From assembly GCA_015233485.1 (NCBI GenBank), contig JADFXO010000001.1, positions 1-37,924 on the forward strand: a stretch of DNA of 37,924 bases, in the 5' to 3' direction. Positions 28,466 to 37,924 of this stretch are shown here, in pieces. The notes under the pieces were generated by a model, which did no database searches, had not been told where the DNA came from, and saw nothing but the letters and a program-made list of their open reading frames with translations. The stretch comes from Nitrospirota bacterium (GTDB lineage Bacteria; Nitrospirota; Thermodesulfovibrionia; Thermodesulfovibrionales; Magnetobacteriaceae). Position numbers and translations under genes: made by a program. How positions within the stretch are numbered: the first letter of the stretch is position 1; each line of letters opens with the position of its first letter.

Positions 28466-30024
28466 AAATCATGCCCCGAATATGACTGGTTAAAGCTCTT
28501 GTTACAAATCGGGAAGTCAGGGACGATGTTGCCCTTAATTGCCTGTTCAAGCGCTAACCAGTTTACGCTGGACGGGTCTCTGACCATGCACCTGTTTATC
28601 TGTCCAATCTGCCCGGACTGCAGCCAGTAGATTATCTCGCCCCGCCAGCCCTCTACCGCCGCAAATCCCGTTGTATCGGGTAATGGGGCGCTGCACTCCA
28701 CGGCTATGGGGCCGCCAGGCATCTTTGTAAGAATACTGCGCAGTATACTCATAGACGCCCTTATTTCAACTACCCTCACCCACACCCTCGCGTGAACATC
28801 CCCCGCGATAAGCACCTGCGCCTCTATCCCAATGGAATCATACGGAGGAAAGGGATTATGAACCCTGCAGTCCACATTTATACCGCTGGCGCGGGCAACT
28901 ACCCCTACCACGCACAACTCTCTTGCCAACTCCGATGTGAGTATGCCCGTGCCGCGCACCCTGTCCTCAAGCGAGGAGCTCTCTTCATAAATACGAACCA
29001 GCCTGTTGAAATCCTCATCAAGAAAGTCCAGCTCGGACAGGATTTCTTTTTTAGCTGTTACATCTATATCAACTGTCACACCGCCGGGGATAACTTTGTC
29101 CATCATAAACCGATGCCCAAAGAGTCTATGGTTAGTGGCAAGCATGGCCTCCTTAAGTCTTGAACACTGATATAACATAAAGGCAAAGGCCGCGTCATTA
29201 CAAATAGCCCCAATATCTCCAATGTGATTGGCAATTCGTTCCCGCTCAAGAAAAAGCGCCCTTTGCCACTGCGCCCTTACAGGCACATGGCAGTGTGTCA
29301 TCGACTCCAGCGCCATACAGTAGGCTATTGAGTGCGCGACTGTCGTATCACCTGACACACGCCCTGCTAATTTAACGGCCGTCTCCCATGTCATAGATTC
29401 AAACCTCTTCTCTATCCCCTTATGGACATAGCCAAGACGTTCCTCAAGATTGATTATGGTCTCACCGACCGCCTGAAACCTGAAATGGCCGGGTTCAATT
29501 ATACCGGCGTGAACCGGGCCAACCGGAATCTCATATACGCCCTCCCCTTCGGCCCCAAGCCACGCATACTGCCCCTCATGGCGCGCCATCCTCTTTGAGG
29601 CGTCAAAGGATTTTCTCAGCGGCCATGAGTCCTCCGGCCAGTCCTCAAATTTAATCCACGGCCTTTCATCAGGATGCCCGACAGGGGTAACGCCCATAAG
29701 ACTCCTGATCTGGCGTTCAAATCTATAAGCAGGCACAAAGTGTTTGACCAGGCTTGGAAACTCCGGATTATCCCGAGACATGGAAGCCCTTACTATAATG
29801 TATTCACTGCCATGCCTAAAACAGGCGTAAATGCCATATCCCCTGTCTGAATTAGTATCGTCAGTAGCCCACTGTGCACAAAGAAACGCGTATGATTCCT
29901 TTAATGTCTTTGCCGCGTCGGCAAATCTCTCCACCGGCACTGTAAACGTAACCGGCTCTCTGTGCCCATCTGCCTTTGCATCCGCGCCAAACGCGGCACT
30001 CAGTGCCTTTGCCAATCTCTTCAT
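28462..30024 (-). CDS. hyfG: Hyf/Ehr large subunit (NuoC+D/HyfG-like) lacking Ni-binding cysteines
   Basis: GPVHAGIIEPGHFRF, LGYVHKGIEK, RVSGD instead of RxCGxC, C-terminal DFPICNKSFN.SYSGHDL instead of DPCxxC; ATGA overlap with hyfF. Confidence 0.85.
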   Translation of the reverse strand: MKRLAKALSAAFGADAKADGHREPVTFTVPVERFADAAKTLKESYAFLCAQWATDDTNSDRGYGIYACFRHGSEYIIVRASMSRDNPEFPSLVKHFVPAYRFERQIRSLMGVTPVGHPDERPWIKFEDWPEDSWPLRKSFDASKRMARHEGQYAWLGAEGEGVYEIPVGPVHAGIIEPGHFRFQAVGETIINLEERLGYVHKGIEKRFESMTWETAVKLAGRVSGDTTVAHSIAYCMALESMTHCHVPVRAQWQRALFLERERIANHIGDIGAICNDAAFAFMLYQCSRLKEAMLATNHRLFGHRFMMDKVIPGGVTVDIDVTAKKEILSELDFLDEDFNRLVRIYEESSSLEDRVRGTGILTSELARELCVVGVVARASGINVDCRVHNPFPPYDSIGIEAQVLIAGDVHARVWVRVVEIRASMSILRSILTKMPGGPIAVECSAPLPDTTGFAAVEGWRGEIIYWLQSGQIGQINRCMVRDPSSVNWLALEQAIKGNIVPDFPICNKSFNQSYSGHDL

Positions 30025-31469
30025 TTTAATAACTCCACCGCCGCATGAAACCACTTATTAAGAAAATCCGGTATATAAAAGGCCAGGATAAGCACCATGG
30101 CCATGTGAAGGAGAACCGGCGCGCGGGCTGTTTTCAATGGTTCAAAGTATGAGGGGACATCCCCTGACACCATATATTGCACCTTCCTGAGAAGCCCGGC
30201 AAATGCCACACCCAGTCCGATAAGTATAAAAGGCGTCAACAGCGGGACATCTTTTATGGTAGCGGTCAATATCAGAAATTCACTGGTGAAAATACCAAAG
30301 GGCGGCATACCGGCAATTGCCATAGCGCCCAACATCAGGCTCCAGCCGACGAAGGAATCCCCCTTAAATAATCCCTTTATCCTCGCGATTTCCTGTGTGC
30401 GGTGCATCTGGCAGGCGTGCCCTACCGTAAAGAATATGGAGGACTTTGTAAGGCTGTGCATCAGCATATGCAAGAGCGCGCCAAAAGTGGCTATAGAGCC
30501 GCCAAGGCCAAAGGCAAACGTCGCTATTCCCATATGCTCAATAGATGAATATGAAAACATACGTTTTATATCCTTTTGTCTGAGAATGGAAAATGAGGCG
30601 ACCACGATGGAGACAATCCCAAAACCCATCATAATATTTCCGGCATAATGCGTGTGTGTTGAGCCGTCGACAAGCACCTTACACCTGACAAGGGCATACA
30701 GGGCTATATTCAGCAACAGCCCTGACAGCACCGCTGAGATTGGCGTGGGGCCTTCACTATGGGCATCAGGAAGCCAATTGTGCAAAGGGACAAGACCAAC
30801 CTTTGTACCATATCCCACAACCAGAAAGACAAAGGCAAGCGAAAGGACAGTCGGCTCAAGCTGGCCGCTTACGCCGATAAGGTTTGTCCAAAGGAGTGCC
30901 TCACCGCCCTCTCCTATGACCTTCTCGGCGGCAAAATACAGCAGCACGGTACCAAAAAGGGCCTGGGCAATACCAACTCCGCAGAGTATAAAATACTTCC
31001 ACGCGGCCTCAATAGCGTTGGGCGTGCGGTACAGCGATACAAGAAGCACTGTGGATAAGGTGGCAAGTTCCATAGCAATCCACAACACCCCTATGTTGTT
31101 GGTCAGAAGACACAAGAGCATGGCAAACATAAACATCTGAAACATTGCGTGATAAAACCGCATACGCAGGTGCCCGACCCGGCCGTGTTCCCTCTCCCTT
31201 TGCATATACCCGCGGCTAAAGACGGCCGTGGTCATAGAGACAAAGGCGGTAAGCACAGACAGATATACGCTGAAGGCATCGACAAAGAAGAATTTCCCTC
31301 CCGCTATAATCGGTCCATGTTCGTACACCTCAAAGGCGAGGGCAACTCCGGCTATAAAAGTCAGAAATGAGCCAAAAATATTTATTTCGGGGGCAAATCT
31401 CCTGTCCCCGACAAAGGCCAAAACTAATGCCGCCACAAATGGCGTTATAATCAGCACAAGTAGTATCAT
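30021..31469 (-). CDS. hyfF: Hydrogenase-4 component F-like antiporter subunit
   Basis: WIAMELATL, EAAWKYFILC, GYGTKVGL.P.H.WLPDAHSEGP, KRMFSYSSIEHMG. Confidence 0.88.
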   Translation of the reverse strand: MILLVLIITPFVAALVLAFVGDRRFAPEINIFGSFLTFIAGVALAFEVYEHGPIIAGGKFFFVDAFSVYLSVLTAFVSMTTAVFSRGYMQREREHGRVGHLRMRFYHAMFQMFMFAMLLCLLTNNIGVLWIAMELATLSTVLLVSLYRTPNAIEAAWKYFILCGVGIAQALFGTVLLYFAAEKVIGEGGEALLWTNLIGVSGQLEPTVLSLAFVFLVVGYGTKVGLVPLHNWLPDAHSEGPTPISAVLSGLLLNIALYALVRCKVLVDGSTHTHYAGNIMMGFGIVSIVVASFSILRQKDIKRMFSYSSIEHMGIATFAFGLGGSIATFGALLHMLMHSLTKSSIFFTVGHACQMHRTQEIARIKGLFKGDSFVGWSLMLGAMAIAGMPPFGIFTSEFLILTATIKDVPLLTPFILIGLGVAFAGLLRKVQYMVSGDVPSYFEPLKTARAPVLLHMAMVLILAFYIPDFLNKWFHAAVELLK

Positions 31470-31494
31470 GCCGCGTCTCTCACAATCGACATTG

Positions 31495-32160
31495 TCAGGT
31501 ATCCTCCCTCAGGCTTTCCATCTGCTCCACACTAAGGCTGTCAAATGTAGTGCTTATGTGGAAGAAAAATATCCCGAATATAAAGGCGGCAATTAAGACA
31601 TCAAGGGCAACGCCGAGTTCCACAACAAGAGGCATACCATATGTCGCGCTGGTAGCGGCAAAAAACAGTCCATTTTCCATCGCGAGAAATCCAATTATCT
31701 GGGTAACGGCATGTTTCCTCGTAATCATCATAAGCAGACCTATCATAACGGTTGCAAGGGCAACCGCAAGCGTGGAACGCGTTATGAGAGTGGACATCTG
31801 CCTGACAGGGGCGGTAAGATGATAGGAAAAAATGACAAGGGCAATCCCTATCAGCATCGTCGTCGGGATATTAACTATTGTCTCCACATCTTTTCTGATC
31901 TTAAGACGCACCACAAGGACATGCAATATATATGGCAGGAGGATTACCTTTATTGACAATGTTAAAAGCGATGATATATACAGATGGTGTTTGGAAGCTA
32001 CAAAGCCGACAACGGCCGTGTTTATTGAAAGAAACAGCCCTTGCCACGCAAACAGGGTAACCAAACTATTTATCTTCCTCTGCGACAGCATTGCAAAGGC
32101 GGTCAGCAATACCAACGCCGCCAGAAAACTATTCACTTGCGCCAACACTTGTAAGTTCAT
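31495..32160 (-). CDS. hyfE: Hydrogenase-4 component E-like membrane subunit
   Basis: About seven TM helices, QIIGFLAMENG, GMPLVVELG..LD; start moved to ATG 32160. Confidence 0.85.
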   Translation of the reverse strand: MNLQVLAQVNSFLAALVLLTAFAMLSQRKINSLVTLFAWQGLFLSINTAVVGFVASKHHLYISSLLTLSIKVILLPYILHVLVVRLKIRKDVETIVNIPTTMLIGIALVIFSYHLTAPVRQMSTLITRSTLAVALATVMIGLLMMITRKHAVTQIIGFLAMENGLFFAATSATYGMPLVVELGVALDVLIAAFIFGIFFFHISTTFDSLSVEQMESLREDT

Positions 32161-32161
32161 A

Positions 32162-33109
32162 TCACTCCAGGATAAAAAAGGCAATAACCCCAAGGGTTGC
32201 CATTAAAAAAGCCGCCCAAAGGAATTCAGTTAATCGGAATAATCTCATCTTCGCAAGCCCCGTCTCTATAATCACTAAGACCCCCCCCACAACACACAGC
32301 TTTATAACCATAAAAAACACAGAGATTGCAATATCTCCCACATTATCTTTGACAGCAATTCCCCACGGCAGGAAACACGCAATCCCAAGCGTGACAAAGA
32401 GAAAAAACCTTATCATCGACCCCCACTCTATAAGCGCAAGGTGCCTGCCCGAATACTCCAGAATCATGGCCTCGTGTATCATAGTCAACTCAAGGTGGGT
32501 TGACGGATTATCAACCGGAATCCTGCCGGTCTCGGCAATAACCACAAGGAGAAAGGCTATGGCGGCAAACACAATGGACGGCCTCAACACCAACGCGCCA
32601 CTGGTAAACGAGCGCGCTATGTGAAGCAAAGACGTTGAGCGGCCAGCCAGAGACACGGTAAAAATAGCCATAAGTATGGCAGGCTCTGTCAGAGAGGCTA
32701 CCATCATCTCCCTGCTGGCTCCCATCCCTCCAAATGCCGTCCCTATGTCCATCCCTGCCAATGCCATGAAAAATCTGGCGCTTGCAAAAATCGCTATTCC
32801 CACAATAATATCGGCACTGGGGGCCAAAAACAGGTTCATCGAAATTATAGGCACCACACTTCCAACAACAACGGCGCTGCCAAACACTAAATACGGGGTA
32901 AAGCGAAATATCCACGAGGCATTGCCGGCAAGCACCACATCTTTGACGAATAACTTTGCGATATTTCTGTATGGCTGCAGAACTCCGGCAGACGTCCTCC
33001 CCTGTGTCCAGCACTTAAGCATATCCACCCATCCCGCAAAGGCAGGGGCCACCGCAATGACAATTATGACCTGTAAAATCTCTATGAAAATTAAATGCAA
33101 CGATTTCAT
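32162..33109 (-). CDS. hyfC: Hydrogenase-4 component C-like (NuoH family)
   Basis: QGR, LQPYR, GTAFGGMGASRE, AETGRIPVDNP, LELTMIHEAMILEYSG. Confidence 0.88.
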   Translation of the reverse strand: MKSLHLIFIEILQVIIVIAVAPAFAGWVDMLKCWTQGRTSAGVLQPYRNIAKLFVKDVVLAGNASWIFRFTPYLVFGSAVVVGSVVPIISMNLFLAPSADIIVGIAIFASARFFMALAGMDIGTAFGGMGASREMMVASLTEPAILMAIFTVSLAGRSTSLLHIARSFTSGALVLRPSIVFAAIAFLLVVIAETGRIPVDNPSTHLELTMIHEAMILEYSGRHLALIEWGSMIRFFLFVTLGIACFLPWGIAVKDNVGDIAISVFFMVIKLCVVGGVLVIIETGLAKMRLFRLTEFLWAAFLMATLGVIAFFILE

Positions 33110-35136
33110 AACAGAGCCAGAAGAACGATTATTGTCACAAATGAATATATAAGATACACATGTATCCGCCCATGCTGAAGCATGCCCGTCTTTCGGGAAA
33201 GCAAAACGACTATATCAATAACCGGCCTATAAAGCCAACCCCAAAAACGGTCTCTTACGCGAAGGTAGTAATGTGAGTTCACAGGGAAGGCAAGGTGGCC
33301 GCGTTGCGGGGCAAGGCGTATCTGCTCCTTGATATCAAACAAAAAACCAAATATCCTGCGAAAAGGCATAGAAAAAGATACCGCGTTATATTGCATTTTG
33401 GCGGTAAGTTTTTTAAATCCACAATCCCATACAGGTACCTTGCTTATGCTGCCCGGTTTGACATGGAGCAATAAATAAGTTACCGCACATACCGCAACGA
33501 TGCCGATAAGGACAAGCGGGCCTGAGTAGGAGGCCCTTTCAGGGTCAACAGGCGTAAGCCACATCCAACCGTACACCCCCGACGTGGTAACGAGCTTTGC
33601 CTTTAACAGCCTTTCAGAAATAACATCCATCCAGCCTATAACGACCGCAGGCAGAATTCCCAGACAAAGACAGGCCAGTGACGTAAGGCTCATCCCTGCG
33701 CGCATCGACCATCCGGCCTCGGTTACGGCATGATTATCATGGCCGCGCCAGTTCCCTAAGAATATGACCCCAAAGACCTTTACAAAACAGGCGGCTGCCA
33801 GTGCCCCGGTTAAGGCAAGGAGGGCCGCCCCCAAGGGGATAAGGAGTTTCATCAGCGGGATAGGCATAGACGGTGACAGCAGAAACGCCTGGAAAGTCAG
33901 CCACTCGGATACAAATCCGTTAAAAGGCGGCAGGGCCGAAATAGATATGCAGCCAACGAGGAAAAACGCGGACGTCCACGGCATGTGGTGAATAAGCCCC
34001 CCCATTTCATCCATATTTCTTTCGTGCGTGGCATGAAGAACCGCCCCCGCTCCCATAAACAGCAGCCCCTTAAACATGGCGTGATTCATCGTATGGTACA
34101 GGCCCGCTATAAGGGCAAGCGCCGCCATCGTAGGCAGGTGAAACGAGGTAAATATCATAGACAGCCCTATCCCAATAAGAATTATTCCAATATTTTCAAC
34201 CGAATGATACGCAAGGAGTTTTTTCAAATCGTGCTGCATCAGCGCATAAAGTACGCCCATAACGGCAGATATCAACCCCAGGACAAGCACCATAGTGCCC
34301 CACCACCAGGGAAACACCTTTATAATGTCAAAGGTTATTCGTATTATCCCGTATATAGCGGTTTTAAGCATTACCCCGCTCATCAGAGCGGAGACATTTG
34401 ACGGGGCAACCGGATGTGCCTCAGGAAGCCACACATGAAAAGGTATGACGCCGGCCTTGGCCGCAAAACCGAAAAAAGAGAGCAAAAAAGCCACAGTTGC
34501 CCATTTAAGTGGAAACCTCGCCTCTCTCATGGCATCAAAGGTGTAACCCTCAAAACCCGTAGTAAATCCCGCCATCACTCCAAAGGAGAGAAGTATTAAA
34601 ACTGCTCCAATGTGAGCCATCACCATATAAATATAGGCCGCCCTCCTGTTTTCACTACGCCCATCCTCAAACATAACCAAAAAGTAGGATGCCGCGGCCA
34701 TCACCTCCCAGGCAACCAGGAAAAACAGCGCGTCATCGGCAAGGCACACCATAAACATAGCGGCAATAAAGATGTTATAAAACACAATCAGCCTCTTCAC
34801 AGGCTTGCCCGCGCCAAGTCCACCGACATAACCCACTGAATATATCGACACGAAAAATGAAAGCAATCCGACAACAAAGATAAAAAAACCGGAAAGCTCA
34901 TCAAGCCTCAAATGAAATGGAAGGGTGGGCAACCCAATTGGAAGCACTACCTGTTCTATCCCGCCGCCGGCAACCGCAAGTATCCCCGCCGCAACACTGA
35001 CTAAGGAAGCCAGCGCCGACACAGAAAAAGACATACGTATCAACAACCGCCGGTTATCTCCAATCACGATAACAAATAGGATAGGTATAATAAACGCGAC
35101 GACTGAGAAGGTTGATAATTCAATGGGGGATATCAT
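33106..35136 (-). CDS. hyfB: Hydrogenase-4 component B-like antiporter subunit
   Basis: AWEVM, KAG..P.HVWLPEAHP.APS..SALMSG, KLLAYHSVENIG, NHAMFKGLLF, LPPFNGFVSEW. Confidence 0.88.
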   Translation of the reverse strand: MISPIELSTFSVVAFIIPILFVIVIGDNRRLLIRMSFSVSALASLVSVAAGILAVAGGGIEQVVLPIGLPTLPFHLRLDELSGFFIFVVGLLSFFVSIYSVGYVGGLGAGKPVKRLIVFYNIFIAAMFMVCLADDALFFLVAWEVMAAASYFLVMFEDGRSENRRAAYIYMVMAHIGAVLILLSFGVMAGFTTGFEGYTFDAMREARFPLKWATVAFLLSFFGFAAKAGVIPFHVWLPEAHPVAPSNVSALMSGVMLKTAIYGIIRITFDIIKVFPWWWGTMVLVLGLISAVMGVLYALMQHDLKKLLAYHSVENIGIILIGIGLSMIFTSFHLPTMAALALIAGLYHTMNHAMFKGLLFMGAGAVLHATHERNMDEMGGLIHHMPWTSAFFLVGCISISALPPFNGFVSEWLTFQAFLLSPSMPIPLMKLLIPLGAALLALTGALAAACFVKVFGVIFLGNWRGHDNHAVTEAGWSMRAGMSLTSLACLCLGILPAVVIGWMDVISERLLKAKLVTTSGVYGWMWLTPVDPERASYSGPLVLIGIVAVCAVTYLLLHVKPGSISKVPVWDCGFKKLTAKMQYNAVSFSMPFRRIFGFLFDIKEQIRLAPQRGHLAFPVNSHYYLRVRDRFWGWLYRPVIDIVVLLSRKTGMLQHGRIHVYLIYSFVTIIVLLALL

Positions 35137-35159
35137 AAAATAATTCTATAGCGACGCCG

Positions 35160-35849
35160 TCATAGAGATACCTTGCCGAATATCTCCGCCTCTTTTTTAA
35201 ATAGGATATGGGTGATGATATCCCTTTGCAACACTTGCTTTACGATAGATAACACCTCATCGTCTTTCAAAAGTCTCAGCAGTACCGACTGTATCCTTAA
35301 AAAACGCCGTTCACTTTTGGGGAAAATAAAAAAAAGGGTATTCACATCTCCTTTATCCAGCGCATCGAAAGGCATCGGTTTTTTCAGGTGGCACAGGGCA
35401 ATATAGGAATCATAGGTAAACGATGTAAATGTCCTTGGATGAGGGACAGCAATACCATGTCCAACGGCAGTTGAGCATAAATTCTCTCTCTCCATTATAA
35501 GAGCCAGGAACTCACGTGTATTCAGGCCAGGGATCCTTGTCCGGATATGATTCAAACAATTCAAAATCACAGCTTGTTTTGACCCGATTGGAATATCATA
35601 ATAAATACCTCCTCTTTGTATAAATTCCGCTATGGAGATTATCTCCTCATCCTCTGCAGAAGGCTCATCAATGTTGACTTTCTTTGAAAATGACCTGTTA
35701 TCCTCAAGCCATGAGGTGATCTCATTTCTATCGAACCGCCATTGGCCGCTTACTCTGAAACAGGGGATTGTATCATTTTGTATCATTCGGTAGATAGTTT
35801 TCTCGGAAACATTTAAAAGTGCCGCCACATCTTTTACTGTCAGGTTCAT
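35160..35849 (-). CDS. Excisionase/BldC-like HTH (HTH_17) fused to a PTS EIIA-type domain; probable regulator of the hyf/ehr operon
   Basis: LTVKDVAALLNVSEKTIYR...IP...V.GQWRF...EI..W; ERE...ST.VGHGIAVPH (phospho-His motif), FDALD...V; 23 bp upstream of hyfB on the same strand. Confidence 0.88.
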   Translation of the reverse strand: MNLTVKDVAALLNVSEKTIYRMIQNDTIPCFRVSGQWRFDRNEITSWLEDNRSFSKKVNIDEPSAEDEEIISIAEFIQRGGIYYDIPIGSKQAVILNCLNHIRTRIPGLNTREFLALIMERENLCSTAVGHGIAVPHPRTFTSFTYDSYIALCHLKKPMPFDALDKGDVNTLFFIFPKSERRFLRIQSVLLRLLKDDEVLSIVKQVLQRDIITHILFKKEAEIFGKVSL

Positions 35850-35850
35850 A

Positions 35851-35940
35851 ATGCCCTCAATCGTCCTTACCTGTCCTCAATTGTCTTCACCTGTCTCCAA
35901 ATGTCCTTATTTGTCTCCAATTGTCCCCAATTGGCAACAT
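35851..35940. repeat. Array of 8-9 phased 10-bp direct repeats, probable operator
   Basis: atgccctcaa tcgtccttac ctgtcctcaa ttgtcttcac ctgtctccaa atgtccttat ttgtctccaa ttgtccccaa ttggcaacat. Confidence 0.88.
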
Positions 35941-35956
35941 ATGATACAGCGTGTCT

Positions 35957-35986
35957 ATGCTACTCTGTTGAATTATCGTTTGTCAA
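35957..35986 (-). promoter_or_regulatory. Putative sigma70 promoter of the regulator-hyf/ehr operon
   Basis: Minus-strand TTGACA (35986-35981)-N18-TAGCAT (35962-35957), with an AT-rich upstream tract. Confidence 0.55.
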
Positions 35987-36041
35987 TAGATTTTTTTATT
36001 TTTTTTATTTATTATCGATTTTCAATTCTCTTTGGGGGTTT

Positions 36042-36074
36042 TTAGGGGAAGAGAGTTTCCCTCTCCTCCCCTAA
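36042..36074. other. Imperfect GC-rich hairpin downstream of the surface-protein gene
   Basis: ttagggga...tcccctaa arms; no U-tract on the transcribed (minus) strand. Confidence 0.4.
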
Positions 36075-36086
36075 TTGCGTGGAGTA

Positions 36087-37924
36087 TTACTTAGGTGCTA
36101 CGATTTCCCAGCTCGTATCCGAAAGCGTGGGAAGTGTTACCATATCTGTTACAGAGACTCCATTCATTAACCAAATGATATTTTGCCCGGAGGTCTTGTG
36201 ACGCCATATAATATCTGTCATGCCGTCGCCGTTGAAGTCTCCGGTGCCCACTATGTCCCAGTCGGTGTCTGCCAGCGTCGGAAGGTACTCCGCGCTGGTC
36301 ATGCTGTCTCCGCTCATGTGCCACAAGACGTTATAGCCGTAGAGTGTGTTCCTCCAGAGGATTTCGGTAGTGCCGTCGCCGTAAAAATCACCTGTGCCGG
36401 CTATTTCCCAGCCCGTGTCGCTGAGTGTCGGCAGGAACTCCATTGCAGTCACTTTTGACTTCTTTATGTTCCATTTGAGGTTATATCCGGCGCTATTGTT
36501 TCTCCATAACACTTCAGTGCTATTGTCGCTGTCCGTATCTCCGGCCGATACTATTTGCCAGTTTATATCTGAGACCGTACTAAGCTGTGCGGCGCCGCTC
36601 AATGCAGAACCGCTGTAAAGCCATACGGCCGTGTCTCCGGTCATTTTGTTTTGCCATATGATACCGGTCTGATTATCCTGGTTGAAGTGTCCCGTGCCGG
36701 CAATAGTCCATGAGGGGTCGCTGACGGTATCAAGGATTATCACATTTTTTGTGAAGGCCGTGCCGTTCATCAGCCAAACCGCGTTATTGCCGTAAACCTT
36801 ATTTCTCCACAGGATGTCGGTGTTGCCGTCGCCGTTGAAGTCAAACTTGCTTTGTCTGAGTTTTTTGCCGCCGTCGAACTTGACGGTAACAGTCCTGTCG
36901 GTGGTTAGCGAAAGGCCGCACATAGTGTTATATAACGAGTCGCATCCAGACCACGCGTTAAGTGTCGAGCCTGAGTCTGGTACTGCCGTTAAAGTTTCCT
37001 GAGAGCTGACGTTGTTGATTACGCCGGTGTTGCCGGTCCATGTGATGGCGCCTATTGACGCGGTAACCGTGCCGGAGCCGGTTCCTGATTTTACTACCGT
37101 CAGGGTATAGGTGTTTCCGCTGCCTTTAAACGTGGCGGTTACGAGTTTTGAGGATGACATTGTTACAGCACATGTGTTTCCACTTGTTGTATCGCATCCC
37201 GTCCAGCCCGAAAATGTCGAACCAGAGGCAGCCGTGGCCGTCAGAGATACTGCCGTACCTGAGGCGTATGACCCAATACCGGAATTGGCGTTCCATGTGA
37301 GAGTACCCGTGCTGGCCGTAACGGTACCCGAACCCGAGCCTGTCTTCGTAACAGTAAGCGTGTTATTGCCCTGCGCGTCCTGGGTTACGGTAAGTGTCTG
37401 TCCGGCTATTGACATTGTCCCTGTGCGGGATGTCGTGCCGGTATTTGCCGAGACTGAGTAAGTTACCGTATTGTTTCCGGTAAACGACGCGGGCGATGTT
37501 ATCGTAATCCAGCTTACGTTAGCTGCCGCTGACCACGAACAAAGGATATTTGAAGCCGTAACGCCTACGCTTCCATTGCCCCCGGCATACGTATAATTCG
37601 CGCTTGAAGACGATAGGGTGCCAGTTGATGAACAAGAACCTGTAAACGTAGAGGTTACCGTTTTAGTCCTCGTCATGGAAACGGTGCAATAATTTCCGCC
37701 GCTTGAATCGCAGCCAGACCAGTTCACTGTTGAGCCGGAATCCGGCGTGGCCGTAAGCACTACCGACGTACCGGAGTTAAACGAATATAAACACGTTGAA
37801 CCGCAGCTTATTCCCGCTGGAGAACTCGTTACCATTCCCGTGCCCGAGCTGATACCCTTCGATACGGTCAGAGTATATGTCGACGCCTGTGGACTACTAA
37901 ACAAAGCTATAACGCTTTTAGCCG
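36087..37924 (-). CDS. Ser/Thr/Gly-rich surface protein with InlB B-repeat/Flg_new-like domains, a BACON-like domain and C-terminal FG-GAP/VCBS repeats; 5' end outside the window
   Basis: Repeats TLTV.K.G.G.GTVT...LTA..SGS.F.GW.GCD....CxV.M; [10 protein letters not shown]...RTG...IAG..LTVTQ; DFNGDG..DI.WR repeats. The frame stays open to the window edge. Confidence 0.85.
   Translation of the reverse strand, partial: AKSVIALFSSPQASTYTLTVSKGISSGTGMVTSSPAGISCGSTCLYSFNSGTSVVLTATPDSGSTVNWSGCDSSGGNYCTVSMTRTKTVTSTFTGSCSSTGTLSSSSANYTYAGGNGSVGVTASNILCSWSAAANVSWITITSPASFTGNNTVTYSVSANTGTTSRTGTMSIAGQTLTVTQDAQGNNTLTVTKTGSGSGTVTASTGTLTWNANSGIGSYASGTAVSLTATAASGSTFSGWTGCDTTSGNTCAVTMSSSKLVTATFKGSGNTYTLTVVKSGTGSGTVTASIGAITWTGNTGVINNVSSQETLTAVPDSGSTLNAWSGCDSLYNTMCGLSLTTDRTVTVKFDGGKKLRQSKFDFNGDGNTDILWRNKVYGNNAVWLMNGTAFTKNVIILDTVSDPSWTIAGTGHFNQDNQTGIIWQNKMTGDTAVWLYSGSALSGAAQLSTVSDINWQIVSAGDTDSDNSTEVLWRNNSAGYNLKWNIKKSKVTAMEFLPTLSDTGWEIAGTGDFYGDGTTEILWRNTLYGYNVLWHMSGDSMTSAEYLPTLADTDWDIVGTGDFNGDGMTDIIWRHKTSGQNIIWLMNGVSVTDMVTLPTLSDTSWEIVAPK

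Noticed and set aside
27959-35136. Functional [NiFe] hydrogenase-4 or formate hydrogenlyase
   Set aside because: Ni-ligating CxxC motifs are missing and no FDH or maturation genes are in the window.
35160-35849. Prophage or ICE excisionase
   Set aside because: It is fused to an EIIA domain, heads a metabolic operon, and no integrase or phage genes are nearby.
35851-35940. CRISPR array, or the 64-aa ORF 35851..36045 as a real gene
   Set aside because: Units are 10 bp, contiguous and without spacers, and no cas genes are present; the ORF is a translation of the repeat.
36042-36074. Canonical intrinsic terminator
   Set aside because: The hairpin lacks a U-tract on the transcribed strand.

Overview
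A 37.9-kb, gene-dense bacterial chromosome segment with no rRNA, tRNA, CRISPR array or transposase that I can support. The gene content (many AHQWRQPLN- and HisKA_2-type kinases, an FG-GAP/InlB-B-repeat surface protein, CysM ending CxxCPP) suggests an anaerobic or microaerophilic Nitrospirota- or Desulfobacterota-like organism; this is inference only. In order: treY, a multi-PAS kinase and a hybrid REC-kinase, a GT-C glycosyltransferase, a CheY/CheC/PAS-GGDEF module, cysM and an OsmC-like gene, a methyltransferase, a heme-c sensor kinase, a membrane protein, an OlsF-like acyltransferase, two exported SnoaL/NTF2 paralogues, a short ferritin-like protein, hemW, mazG, lipA, a nucleotidyltransferase plus small partner, a TupA-like lipoprotein coupled to a sensor kinase, a DUF1640-like protein, a DMT protein, a six-gene Hyf-like (Ehr) complex lacking Ni ligands, its Xis-HTH/PTS-EIIA regulator, and a 5'-truncated surface protein. 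Best candidate for an undescribed system: the Xis/BldC-like HTH-EIIA regulator, whose predicted leader is an array of 8-9 phased 10-bp direct repeats and which heads the Ni-less Ehr operon. Other highlights: a five-unit Pho-box-like array before the olsF-like gene, an orphan divergent TupA coupled to a kinase, two kinds of small repeat elements, and three 1-bp frameshifts that are probably assembly errors.
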